NCBI GenBank assembly: GCA_038215615.1
Contig: JBBQQR010000017.1
Coordinates: 1-46,031, forward strand
Origin: Vulcanimicrobiales bacterium
GTDB taxonomy: Bacteria > Vulcanimicrobiota > Vulcanimicrobiia > Vulcanimicrobiales > Vulcanimicrobiaceae
Direction of reading: 5' to 3'
Length of the DNA stretch: 46,031 nt
In this document: positions 1 through 7,806 of the stretch, in pieces
Layout of the letters: each line of letters begins with the position of its first letter
Position numbering within the stretch: the stretch's first letter is position 1
Position numbers and translations under genes: made by a program
The notes under the pieces: model-generated
The model's database searches: none
What the model was told of the DNA's origin: nothing
Seen by the model: the letters and a program-made list of their open reading frames with translations, nothing else

Positions 1-154
1 GGTAGAACAAACCCAGATCGCCCAAGCGCATCTCGGTCATATTGTTTCGGGCTTGGAAATTGCGCACGCCGCTCCAGGGCGTGGTGCCGTCTTGCTTCAG
101 ACGCTCGAAGCTGAATGCGTGCGGTTCGGTCTTGAAGAGCCAATAGCGGGGCAC
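1..154 (-). CDS. EVE domain-containing protein (5' part; runs off window start)
   Basis: Not in ORF track. Manual translation from GTG at 154 gives MPRYWLFKTEPHAFSFERLKQDGTTPWSGVRNFQARNNMTEMRLGDLGLFY, matching the EVE YWLxKxEP...WxGVRNxQARN motifs. Confidence 0.88.
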   Translation of the reverse strand, partial: MPRYWLFKTEPHAFSFERLKQDGTTPWSGVRNFQARNNMTEMRLGDLGLFY

Positions 155-194
155 GCCGGAAGAGTACGGTGCCCGCGCTTCGAAAACCCACGCG

Positions 195-689
195 GTGGAA
201 GAAAGAGCGCAAAAGCGCGTGACGCACGCGAACGAACGGGGCTGGGATGGCGTGGAGATCGAGGGGTACCGTCCCGGCGCGGCGACCGGCGTCCAACGTC
301 ACACGATCGTCGGCGGACGCAAAACAGCGGCGGATGCGCCGGGACCCGGCACTGAAGTCCGCTACTTCGAGTTGCAGCCGGGCGCTGTCTCCCGGCTCGA
401 AAAACACCAGCACGAGCACTACGTCATTGTCAAACGCGGGCAAGGGTACGCGGTCATCGAGCAAGACGTCACCGAAATCGCCGCCAACGACGTGATCTAC
501 GTCGCGCCGCTCGAAGTGCACCAGTTCGTGAATCGCGGCAGCGAGCCGTTTGGATTTTACTGCATCGTCAGCGCGGTACGGGACTTTTCACAAGAACCGA
601 GCGCGGAAGATCTCGCGCGTTTGAACGCGTCCCCGGCCGGAAAGGTCGCAAAACCGTTTGCCGTTCCGCCGCCGGCCCGGCGAAGTTAG
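195..689 (+). CDS. Cupin domain protein
   Basis: EKHQHEH...APLEVHQFVN cupin metal-binding motifs; GTG start. Confidence 0.85.
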   Translation: MEERAQKRVTHANERGWDGVEIEGYRPGAATGVQRHTIVGGRKTAADAPGPGTEVRYFELQPGAVSRLEKHQHEHYVIVKRGQGYAVIEQDVTEIAANDVIYVAPLEVHQFVNRGSEPFGFYCIVSAVRDFSQEPSAEDLARLNASPAGKVAKPFAVPPPARRS

Positions 690-1525
690 CCCGTCGCGAT
701 AGGCCGCGACCGATCGGCGATCCACTCGCTCCACGATCCCGGATAGAGCCGCGAGCCATCGATGCCCGCATGTTCCATTGCCAGGTAATTAACGGCGGCA
801 GATACACCCGAGCCGCATTGATGCACAATGCGCTTTGGCTCCACGCCCAGGGCGCTAAACTCGTCGCGAAGCTGCGCGGACGGTTTGAAAAAACCGCGCT
901 CGTCGAAGTTCTGTTTGAACGGACGGTTGAGCGCACCGGGGATATGACCGGCGACCGGATCGATCGTTTCGTTTTCACCGGCAAAGCGATCGGCGGCGCG
1001 CGCGTCGAGTACGTTGAGCTCGTTATCTTCCAGCGACGCCAACACCGCGGCGGCATCGACCGTTAATTCGCGGCGCGGGTTAGACTGGAATGTGCCGGTA
1101 CCGGGCTTGCCGGGCTCTTGCGCGCTCACGGGTTTTCCGGCAGCGGTCCAGGCGGCAAACCCGCCGTCGAGTACTGCCACCGCGTCGAGTCCGGCGTGGC
1201 GGCACAGAAACCACATGCGCGCTGCAAACATGTCCGCACCCGCGTCATAGGCAACGATCTGCGTCCGGGCCGTCACACGCAAGGCGCGCAAGAATGCTGC
1301 AAAGTGTAGCGGATCGGGCATCGGATGCCGGCCGTTCTTTCCGGTCTTGGCGCCCGCGAGGTCGCTTTCTACGCCGGCGAAAAACGCACCGGGGATATGA
1401 CCCTGCGCGTAAGCGCGGCGGCCGGCTTCGAGGTCTTGCAGCGAGTGTCTGCAGTCGACGACGATCCACTGCGGATCGTTGCGATGTTCTGCAAGTTCTT
1501 CGACCGCCACCAGTGTGCGATGCAC
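686..1525 (-). CDS. sseA: Two-domain rhodanese sulfurtransferase (SseA/3-mercaptopyruvate sulfurtransferase-like)
   Basis: GHIPGA occurs twice; GRHPMP; CGSGVSA active-site loop; YPGSWSEW. Start re-set to GTG 1525, which overlaps the grxD stop (TAGTG). Confidence 0.88.
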   Translation of the reverse strand: MHRTLVAVEELAEHRNDPQWIVVDCRHSLQDLEAGRRAYAQGHIPGAFFAGVESDLAGAKTGKNGRHPMPDPLHFAAFLRALRVTARTQIVAYDAGADMFAARMWFLCRHAGLDAVAVLDGGFAAWTAAGKPVSAQEPGKPGTGTFQSNPRRELTVDAAAVLASLEDNELNVLDARAADRFAGENETIDPVAGHIPGALNRPFKQNFDERGFFKPSAQLRDEFSALGVEPKRIVHQCGSGVSAAVNYLAMEHAGIDGSRLYPGSWSEWIADRSRPIATG

Positions 1526-1875
1526 TAGTGCAGGTTGATCGTCGTTTTGGGCTGGACGGCTTGCCCGAAGGTTTCTTCCAGGATCTTCTGCAGCTCGCCG
1601 CTTTCGGCCATCGGACCTAAAGTATCCGTGTCGCCATAGAATTTGCCGTTGATAAAAATTTTCGGCAGCGTCGGCCAATTCGTTATTTCGGAAAGCTCTT
1701 CTCGCTTGTGCATGTCCTCGAGTACGTCGACGACCTCGAACGGATAGCCGAGCCGGTCGAAGAATTGGATCGTCTCGAGCGTGAATCCGCAGCGCGGCAT
1801 ATCCTTGGTGCCTTTGCCGTAGACCAGAATCTTATTCTGCGCGACCTCGGTATCGATCTGTTCGCGTAAATTCAT
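1525..1875 (-). CDS. grxD: Monothiol glutaredoxin (Grx4 family), CGFT variant
   Basis: KGTKDMPRCGFT; WPTLPKIFINGKFYGDTD; adjacent to bolA. Confidence 0.88.
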   Translation of the reverse strand: MNLREQIDTEVAQNKILVYGKGTKDMPRCGFTLETIQFFDRLGYPFEVVDVLEDMHKREELSEITNWPTLPKIFINGKFYGDTDTLGPMAESGELQKILEETFGQAVQPKTTINLH

Positions 1876-1899
1876 TGCATTGTCATCCTGAGCAGCGCA

Positions 1900-2154
1900 T
1901 CAAATGATGCGCGTTGTCGAAGGGTCCGGGAGAAGCGTTTTCAGTTCGACCGCATGGACGCGGCCGTCTTTTAATGCGGGCTTGAGCGCGCCGTAGATGA
2001 TTTGATGTTGTTCAATCAGCGTCTTGCCGGCAAAGGCGCCCGATTTGACCGTTACGTTGAAATGATCCATCGTACCGGTGCGGTCGACAATCTCGACGCT
2101 TGCGTCGGGCAGCTCCGTCCGGATCAATGCGGTCAGCGACGCGTTGTCGATCAT
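1900..2154 (-). CDS. bolA: BolA/IbaG family protein
   Basis: DHFNVTVKSGAFAGKTLIEQHQIIY...VHAVELKT BolA signature. Confidence 0.9.
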   Translation of the reverse strand: MIDNASLTALIRTELPDASVEIVDRTGTMDHFNVTVKSGAFAGKTLIEQHQIIYGALKPALKDGRVHAVELKTLLPDPSTTRII

Positions 2155-2390
2155 GGCTGCAGGCGCGGAGCGTCGCGGCGCATGGACTGAGCGAGCGCGC
2201 GCGCTTCGCGCAGCGTCTCGGGAAGGCGATCCGAACCGGTGATAATGGCGCGCGCGATCGCGGCGGCAACCAGGACGCCGCTCAGCGCCACCAAGACGGC
2301 GGGTGCACCTTGAGCGCGGAACGGGCCGGCCTCGATGCGGAACGTGCGCGTAACGCGTGAGACGCTCTTGAAGAATTTTTTTGTTTTCAC
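2151..2390 (-). CDS. Small hypothetical membrane protein (79 aa)
   Basis: One hydrophobic helix; ATGA overlap with bolA; TAGTAT and AAGGA upstream of the GTG. Confidence 0.6.
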   Translation of the reverse strand: MKTKKFFKSVSRVTRTFRIEAGPFRAQGAPAVLVALSGVLVAAAIARAIITGSDRLPETLREARALAQSMRRDAPRLQP

Positions 2391-2425
2391 GGAGTCCTTA
2401 TACTACGGTGATTTCAGCCCAGGGC

Positions 2426-2950
2426 CTATCGCTGAAGTCGCCTCCTCGGCGCACGGACCCGTTCCATGCAGCGCAGGCGGCACCAGCGGCGCGATCCGTT
2501 TTTCGTGCCGTCCCAGAAGTACGCCGCGCACGCCTCGTTGGCGCAGCGCCGGAGCCGCGCGTCGCCGGCGGCCAGCAGCGTCGCAACGGCCAGCGCCAGC
2601 GGAAAGAGGACGGTCCCTGGACCATCGGAGGCGGAGAAGACTGGGGAGGCCGGGGAACCCGCCAGCCTGAGCGAGCCCCGCGCCAAGCCCGCGCTGATAA
2701 CCGTCATCGCGGACTGTATCGTGGGTGCGCCGGGAGCGAAGACGTCTCGCGCTGCGGCCTGAAGGGTTCGCATCTCCGCCGCGAGCCCGGCATCAAACCG
2801 GGGCTTGGGAGTCTGGCCGTCGATAAAAAAGGGCGCCCGGGAGCCGTCACGGGCGGCTGCCCACCACCGAGCGGCGGCGACGGGGTCCTCAAAGGCGCTC
2901 TCCGCGTTTAAGAAAGCGAGAGCCAGGTCATGGTCGGCCGGGTTTTCCAT
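2426..2950 (-). CDS. ABATE/CGNR zinc-finger domain protein (putative regulator)
   Basis: LALAFLN N-terminus; RLRRCANEACAAYFWDGTKNGSRRWCRLRC C-terminal finger. Start re-set to ATG 2950. Confidence 0.85.
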   Translation of the reverse strand: MENPADHDLALAFLNAESAFEDPVAAARWWAAARDGSRAPFFIDGQTPKPRFDAGLAAEMRTLQAAARDVFAPGAPTIQSAMTVISAGLARGSLRLAGSPASPVFSASDGPGTVLFPLALAVATLLAAGDARLRRCANEACAAYFWDGTKNGSRRWCRLRCMERVRAPRRRLQR

Positions 2951-3112
2951 GTTTAACACTATTTTGCCGTGGACGAAGATATCATCCTGCAACAGGTCCC
3001 TGTTTGGTGACCTATCAGTCGAAGAGCGCTTTTCTAAACCAAGGCAAAAATGGAATAGCCTTGGATTGGCTTGCAAAAGGGTCACCGCCTGCCGGAGACG
3101 CAAGCCCACCGC

Positions 3113-4084
3113 ATGCAGGCAGCGCGCTTATACGAGACCGGCAGCCCCGGGAAACTCCGCATCGAGGATGTGCCGCCGCCCGATGCGGCCGATGGCCAAA
3201 CGGTCGTGCGCGTGCGTGCGGCCGCACTCAACCATCGCGACGTCTTCATCACTCACGGACTCTATCCGAAGATCGTGCTGCCGCGGATCCTTGGATCCGA
3301 TTGCTGCGGCGAGGCCGGGGGCCGCGAGGTCGTGGTCGACCCGACCATCGGCTGGGGCGCCAACGAGCGGGTCTGGAGCCCCGAGGCGACGATCTTGGGG
3401 ATGCCGGCCGACGGCACGTTCGCACAGTATATCGCGGTCCCAAATGAAAACGTTCACGCCAAACCGGAGTACCTGTCCGTTGAAGAAGCCGCCGCACTTC
3501 CGCTGGGCGGCGTTACTGCATACCGCGCGGCATTCGTCTGCGGCGGTCTGCAGTCGGGCCAGACCGTGCTGATCACCGGAGTCGGGGGCGGCGTGCAAAC
3601 GTTCGCGCTGCTTTACGCCAAAGCGATCGGCGCGCACGCGGTCGTGACGTCGAGCCGCGACGGAAAACTCGAACGAGCGAAAGCCCTCGGCGCAGACGTT
3701 GCGATCAATTACGCAACTACGCCCGACTGGCACAAGGCCGTCCGGGCCGCGGTCGGCGCCGTCGACGTAGCGATCGATTCCGCGGGCGGCGATTCGTTCG
3801 CAAAAGCGCTCTCGGTCGTGAAACCGGGCGGACGCGCCGTGACTTACGGCGGAACGGCCGGCGATGCGACCATAAAAATGTTCCCGATCTTCTGGAATCA
3901 GCTTTCGATCTTCGGAACGTCTATGGGAAGCCCCGGCGACTTTGCGGCGATGCTCGATTTCGTTTCTGCGCACCGCATCAAACCCGTTATCGATCGCGTC
4001 TACGAACTTTCGGAGATCGACACCGCGATGCAGCGAATGGATGACGCGCTCCAATTCGGCAAGATTGTTTTGCGAATTCCATAA
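3113..4084 (+). CDS. MDR-family zinc-binding dehydrogenase / quinone oxidoreductase
   Basis: AAALNHRD, ILGSDCCG, VLITGVGGGV, QFGKIVL. Start re-set to ATG 3113. Confidence 0.9.
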   Translation: MQAARLYETGSPGKLRIEDVPPPDAADGQTVVRVRAAALNHRDVFITHGLYPKIVLPRILGSDCCGEAGGREVVVDPTIGWGANERVWSPEATILGMPADGTFAQYIAVPNENVHAKPEYLSVEEAAALPLGGVTAYRAAFVCGGLQSGQTVLITGVGGGVQTFALLYAKAIGAHAVVTSSRDGKLERAKALGADVAINYATTPDWHKAVRAAVGAVDVAIDSAGGDSFAKALSVVKPGGRAVTYGGTAGDATIKMFPIFWNQLSIFGTSMGSPGDFAAMLDFVSAHRIKPVIDRVYELSEIDTAMQRMDDALQFGKIVLRIP

Positions 4085-4105
4085 TAGGGACCGCCCCAAC
4101 CGGAA

Positions 4106-4918
4106 TTAGAGGATGAGAGTATAGATCGGCGATGCTTGTGCGCGATTCGAGCGAATGCGGCCTTCGCGTTCGAGTGCGTCGAGGTACGCCTGGACTTGTT
4201 GGGATGCCGCCGGCCATAGCGCGTGATCCGTCTGCGCGTAGATCGATTCGACGAGATCGGAAACCGATTTGGATCCGCCGTTCAACGCATCGATGATCTG
4301 GCGCTCGCGGGTACGGCGGTGCTCGAGGTACTCTTGCAGCTTCGTCGCCGGATCGCGCACCGGCTCGCCGTGTCCGCCGTAGATCGTGCGCGCTTGCGCG
4401 AAGTCGCGTGAAAGCCGCGCCAGGGTCTGCATGTATGCCCGCATATCGCCATCCGGCGGCGTGACCAACACGTATCCCTCCCCTAAAACCGTATCGCCTG
4501 TAAAGAGCGCGCCCTCGCGCGGTTCGTAGAAGACGAGATGGTCCGCGGAATGACCGGGCGACGCGACCGCGTGCAGCGCAACGGCGCCGCCGGCGACTGT
4601 GTCGCCCTCTCGCAAACGGCGATCGTAATCAACACAGCTGTCTTCGTGCGCCGCGATCCGGGCGTTCGCACGCTCGCGCAGGATTGCAGCCGCGGGCGCG
4701 TGATCCGGATGCCCGTGCGTTAGTGCGATCCAGGTCAGCGTGCACCCTATTCGTTCGCAGTGCGCGAGAAGAGCTCTCACGTGCGCTTCGATGGGCGGAC
4801 CGGGATCGATGCAGATCGCTTCGCCGTTGCCGCAATCGATGATGTAGGAGTTCGTTCCGGTGAGCGTCAGCGGCGACGGGTTCGGCGCGCGGATGAGCGC
4901 GATGCGGGATGCTACCAC
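4106..4918 (-). CDS. MBL-fold metallo-hydrolase (LACTB2-like)
   Basis: APNPSPLTLTGTNSY, THGHPDH, PGHSADH, FTGD, GGHG. Confidence 0.9.
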   Translation of the reverse strand: MVASRIALIRAPNPSPLTLTGTNSYIIDCGNGEAICIDPGPPIEAHVRALLAHCERIGCTLTWIALTHGHPDHAPAAAILRERANARIAAHEDSCVDYDRRLREGDTVAGGAVALHAVASPGHSADHLVFYEPREGALFTGDTVLGEGYVLVTPPDGDMRAYMQTLARLSRDFAQARTIYGGHGEPVRDPATKLQEYLEHRRTRERQIIDALNGGSKSVSDLVESIYAQTDHALWPAASQQVQAYLDALEREGRIRSNRAQASPIYTLIL

Positions 4919-5661
4919 GCGTTTTCCAACGCCGGCGGTAAGACGAAGCCGTCGTTCACGGACTCCGGCGAGAGCGCCAGCACGCGTTTCGTGCGTGCGA
5001 ATGCGAGGAGTTCGTCGAGAGTGGCGAACGACGCAAGCCTCTCCAAGTGTTTGATGGTCGGATAAACCAAATGCAAATCACCGGTTTGGTTCCGCGCGAG
5101 TGCGTCGGCCGGCACGATCCAGATTCCATCGTGCGTTTCGTGCGCGTCGGCCGTAGCCGCGGCGCCTTCGGGCGCGGGTGCGACGAAAAAATGCGTGTTA
5201 TAACGTTTCGGAAGCCGCGGCGGCGTGAGCCATTGGGAAAAAAGCGCGAGTTGCCGTGCGTCCGCATACAGATCGCGGCATTCGAGCGACCCCAAGAAAT
5301 CAGCGCGCGAAGTCTTGCCGTCAGGTTCGACGGTATTACCGCGCGCGTCGCACGCGAAGAAGACGCCGGCTTCCTCATACAGCTCGCGTAGCGCGGCGAA
5401 GGCGAGCGCTGCGAGCTCGCGATCTGAAGCGAGCGGGACGTCAGGGGTAGATGCAGTGATCCGCCCGCGAAGGTGCGCTTCACGCTCCGCAAACCGGGTG
5501 CGGGCGAGCGCGCGCTCGCTTAAGTCGATCTCGCAGAGGGTGCCGCCCGGAAAAACATAGGCGTCGGGCACGAAATGGCTGCGCCCGCTGCGCCGGAGCA
5601 TGAAAAGCTCGAAGCGTGCGCCTGCCGGGCGCGCGAGCATAACGGTCGCCGCTAAACGCAT
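4912..5661 (-). CDS. NUDIX hydrolase (NUDT19-like)
   Basis: YVFPGG...AALRELYEEAG split Nudix box; WLTP...RYNTHFF; YPT. Confidence 0.88.
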   Translation of the reverse strand: MRLAATVMLARPAGARFELFMLRRSGRSHFVPDAYVFPGGTLCEIDLSERALARTRFAEREAHLRGRITASTPDVPLASDRELAALAFAALRELYEEAGVFFACDARGNTVEPDGKTSRADFLGSLECRDLYADARQLALFSQWLTPPRLPKRYNTHFFVAPAPEGAAATADAHETHDGIWIVPADALARNQTGDLHLVYPTIKHLERLASFATLDELLAFARTKRVLALSPESVNDGFVLPPALENAW

Positions 5662-5697
5662 TGGGAACCCTGTTGGTGAGGGGGTCGTTTCACGTAT

Positions 5698-6123
5698 ATG
5701 AACACGCGACTTGTTTCCGGGCTTGCCGCCGCCCTTTTCGCGCTCGGCTGCAGTACGCTAGCGATGGCCGGCGCAGCACAGAGCGCCGCGCCCACACCTG
5801 TGCCGACCGCTCCGGCACCCAGACCGTTGCCCACGCTGCGGGGCAGCATCGTCAATGACGCCATTAACGCCCTGGGCGGAATCGTGAAAGCCGCATACGG
5901 TTGGAACGACACCGAATCGCTGGGAAGCGTTACCTACTTCCGCGGTTATGATATGCAGCTGAAAATGCAGCTGAACCGCTACCGCGCAATTCGTTTGCAC
6001 CGCGGTACGGTGATCAACCCGCGCGGCTATTCGATCCGCGACGGCGACACCGTCGACGTGCGCGGCCGCCCGCAACCGGACGGTTCGCTCGAAGCCGACA
6101 TGATCGTCGTACAGGGCCATTAG
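5698..6123 (+). CDS. Hypothetical secreted protein
   Basis: Signal-like N-terminus, Pro/Thr linker, beta-rich C-terminus; GAGGGG SD upstream. Confidence 0.7.
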   Translation: MNTRLVSGLAAALFALGCSTLAMAGAAQSAAPTPVPTAPAPRPLPTLRGSIVNDAINALGGIVKAAYGWNDTESLGSVTYFRGYDMQLKMQLNRYRAIRLHRGTVINPRGYSIRDGDTVDVRGRPQPDGSLEADMIVVQGH

Positions 6124-6146
6124 AACTCGCCTCCAAAGCCGCTAAC

Positions 6147-6572
6147 ATGCGGATCGCCCTGGGAAGTGACGAAGCCACCGAATTAACGGCCGCCCTGCAG
6201 AGCGATCTGCGCGCGCGCGGCCACGATCTTGTGTTGCTCGGAGCGCTTGCGCCGGGCGAAGACGACGCGTGGCCTGCCGTAGGGCGCCGCGTCGCCGAAA
6301 GCGTCGCGTCGAACGAGTGCGATTACGGCGTCGCCTGCTGCTGGTCGGGAACCGGCGTCAGCATTGCGGCGAACAAAGTGGCCGGAGCACGCGCTGCTCT
6401 TTGCGGCGACAGTGAAACCGCGGCGCTCGCGCGCGAATGGAACGACGCGAACGTGCTGGCACTGAGCTTGCGCAACACACCCGTCTCCCAAGTCGAGGCG
6501 ATTCTCGACGCGTGGTTTGCCACCCAGCCCACGGCCGATCCCAAGTACCGGGCCATGATCGCCCAAACGTAA
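6147..6572 (+). CDS. RpiB/LacA/LacB family sugar isomerase (divergent)
   Basis: MRIALGSD, CWSGTGVSIAANKVAGARAALC, NDANVLALS. Confidence 0.85.
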   Translation: MRIALGSDEATELTAALQSDLRARGHDLVLLGALAPGEDDAWPAVGRRVAESVASNECDYGVACCWSGTGVSIAANKVAGARAALCGDSETAALAREWNDANVLALSLRNTPVSQVEAILDAWFATQPTADPKYRAMIAQT

Positions 6573-6623
6573 ACCAATCCAAGCCCGGCTCCGAGCCGTT
6601 CTTGTGAGCGAAAGGAGCTTAAC

Positions 6624-7235
6624 TTGCTTAATTCCCGTCATATTTTGGCTGCGGTCGCGCTCTTCGCGCTCGCCGCTCCCACGGTGGCCGCCGCTTCGGG
6701 CATGGCCTCCGCGAACTCGATGATCACAATGCAACCGTCCCGTTTCTCAGGCCCCGGAGTCTATACCGGTCCGCCGGCTCTTCCCGTCACGCTCTCGATG
6801 ATCGTAGCCGGAGGAGGCCCGCAGCACTTCGATACCGTCACGCTGCTCAAAGTGCTCGCCGGAAAAAGCTTTAACGCCGAAGTCGGCAAACTCACCAAGC
6901 AATACGGCAAAGCGAAGGTCGGAAATTTCCTTACGGTCTTTAATTTCGTCGTCGCCGATTCGCTCAAGATCGTTACGGCCGCGAAAGTAAAACTTCCGTC
7001 CAAGCCGTCGCCCAATCCAAGCAACGGTAAGGCTTTAGCCGCCGCGCTTTGGAACGCGGGTGTGTTTCCGGGTGGATGGAGCGTCGAAGTGATGCTCGAT
7101 CGCGCGGTTTCGCATCCGGTACACGTGCAAGTCATGAAAGACATCGATGCAAAGTACGGCATCGCAAAAGACGCCGACTATCATGCGATCCTTGCCACGG
7201 CCATGCACGACCTCAAAGCGGCGTACATGCTGTAA
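6624..7235 (+). CDS. Hypothetical secreted protein
   Basis: AAGGAG SD with TTG start; signal peptide; followed by a strong terminator. Confidence 0.75.
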   Translation: MLNSRHILAAVALFALAAPTVAAASGMASANSMITMQPSRFSGPGVYTGPPALPVTLSMIVAGGGPQHFDTVTLLKVLAGKSFNAEVGKLTKQYGKAKVGNFLTVFNFVVADSLKIVTAAKVKLPSKPSPNPSNGKALAAALWNAGVFPGGWSVEVMLDRAVSHPVHVQVMKDIDAKYGIAKDADYHAILATAMHDLKAAYML

Positions 7236-7254
7236 GACCGGATAACCGGTAATA

Positions 7255-7354
7255 GGAAAAGCCACGCTTTGCGTGGCTTTTCTTTTCTATAGCACCGGCG
7301 GTAGAACTCAGCTCCCGGACTCCGGTACAGAGTCCCGCATTACTCTCGAGACAA
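7255..7354 (-). ncRNA. Candidate small RNA
   Basis: Lies between a TTGTTT-N17-TATAAT promoter and the terminator; internal helices GGACTC/GAGTCC and GCGG/CCGC; no credible ORF. Confidence 0.4.
7256..7286. terminator. Intrinsic terminator, probably bidirectional
   Basis: GAAAAGCCACGC-TTT-GCGTGGCTTTTC-TTTT: perfect 12-bp stem with A/T tracts. Confidence 0.88.
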
Positions 7355-7359
7355 GCGCG

Positions 7360-7388
7360 ATTATACCCAATGAAGCCCGGCTAAACAA
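7360..7388 (-). promoter_or_regulatory. Sigma70-type promoter
   Basis: Minus strand: TTGTTT (7388-7383), 17 nt, TATAAT (7365-7360). Confidence 0.6.
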
Positions 7389-7764
7389 GCCACGGTAGGA
7401 CGAGAGCAAGCGACCAGTTGACGGCATGCGCCGTCCAACAGTATGGACACATTTTCTTCGTTACAAAAAGTAGGCTGTAAGCCAGATAGACCGACGTGGC
7501 GGCCGCGAACAGCGCGGCAATCTCGGTCACGATGAAAAAGATCCGGGCGTGGGCGAGCCACGTAACCGCAACCACGGCGGCGTAGTAGAGTATCCCGAAG
7601 AGCGCGTTCGGCAGGCCCGCGAAGAGCCTGGCGCGCGGTGACTTGACGACGCTTGGCCCCTTGACCTCGCCGTGCTTGGCGCGAATGCTCTTGCGGAGCA
7701 TGAAAACGGAAGCGTAAAACCCCACGGCGCATAAAAGCGAGATAATGATCTTTAGGAGCATCAT
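7381..7764 (-). CDS. Vitamin K epoxide reductase (VKOR) family protein
   Basis: SPRARLFAGLPNALFG and CPYCWTAH; four hydrophobic segments. Start taken at ATG 7764. Confidence 0.85.
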   Translation of the reverse strand: MMLLKIIISLLCAVGFYASVFMLRKSIRAKHGEVKGPSVVKSPRARLFAGLPNALFGILYYAAVVAVTWLAHARIFFIVTEIAALFAAATSVYLAYSLLFVTKKMCPYCWTAHAVNWSLALVLPWLV

Positions 7765-7806
7765 ATTCAAACCCGGCTTGCCAAGCTAGCCCGCCGCTTC
7801 GCGGGC

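Noticed and set aside
4106..5661. NUDIX + MBL hydrolase gene pair
   Set aside because: A widespread known pairing; nothing unusual seen here.
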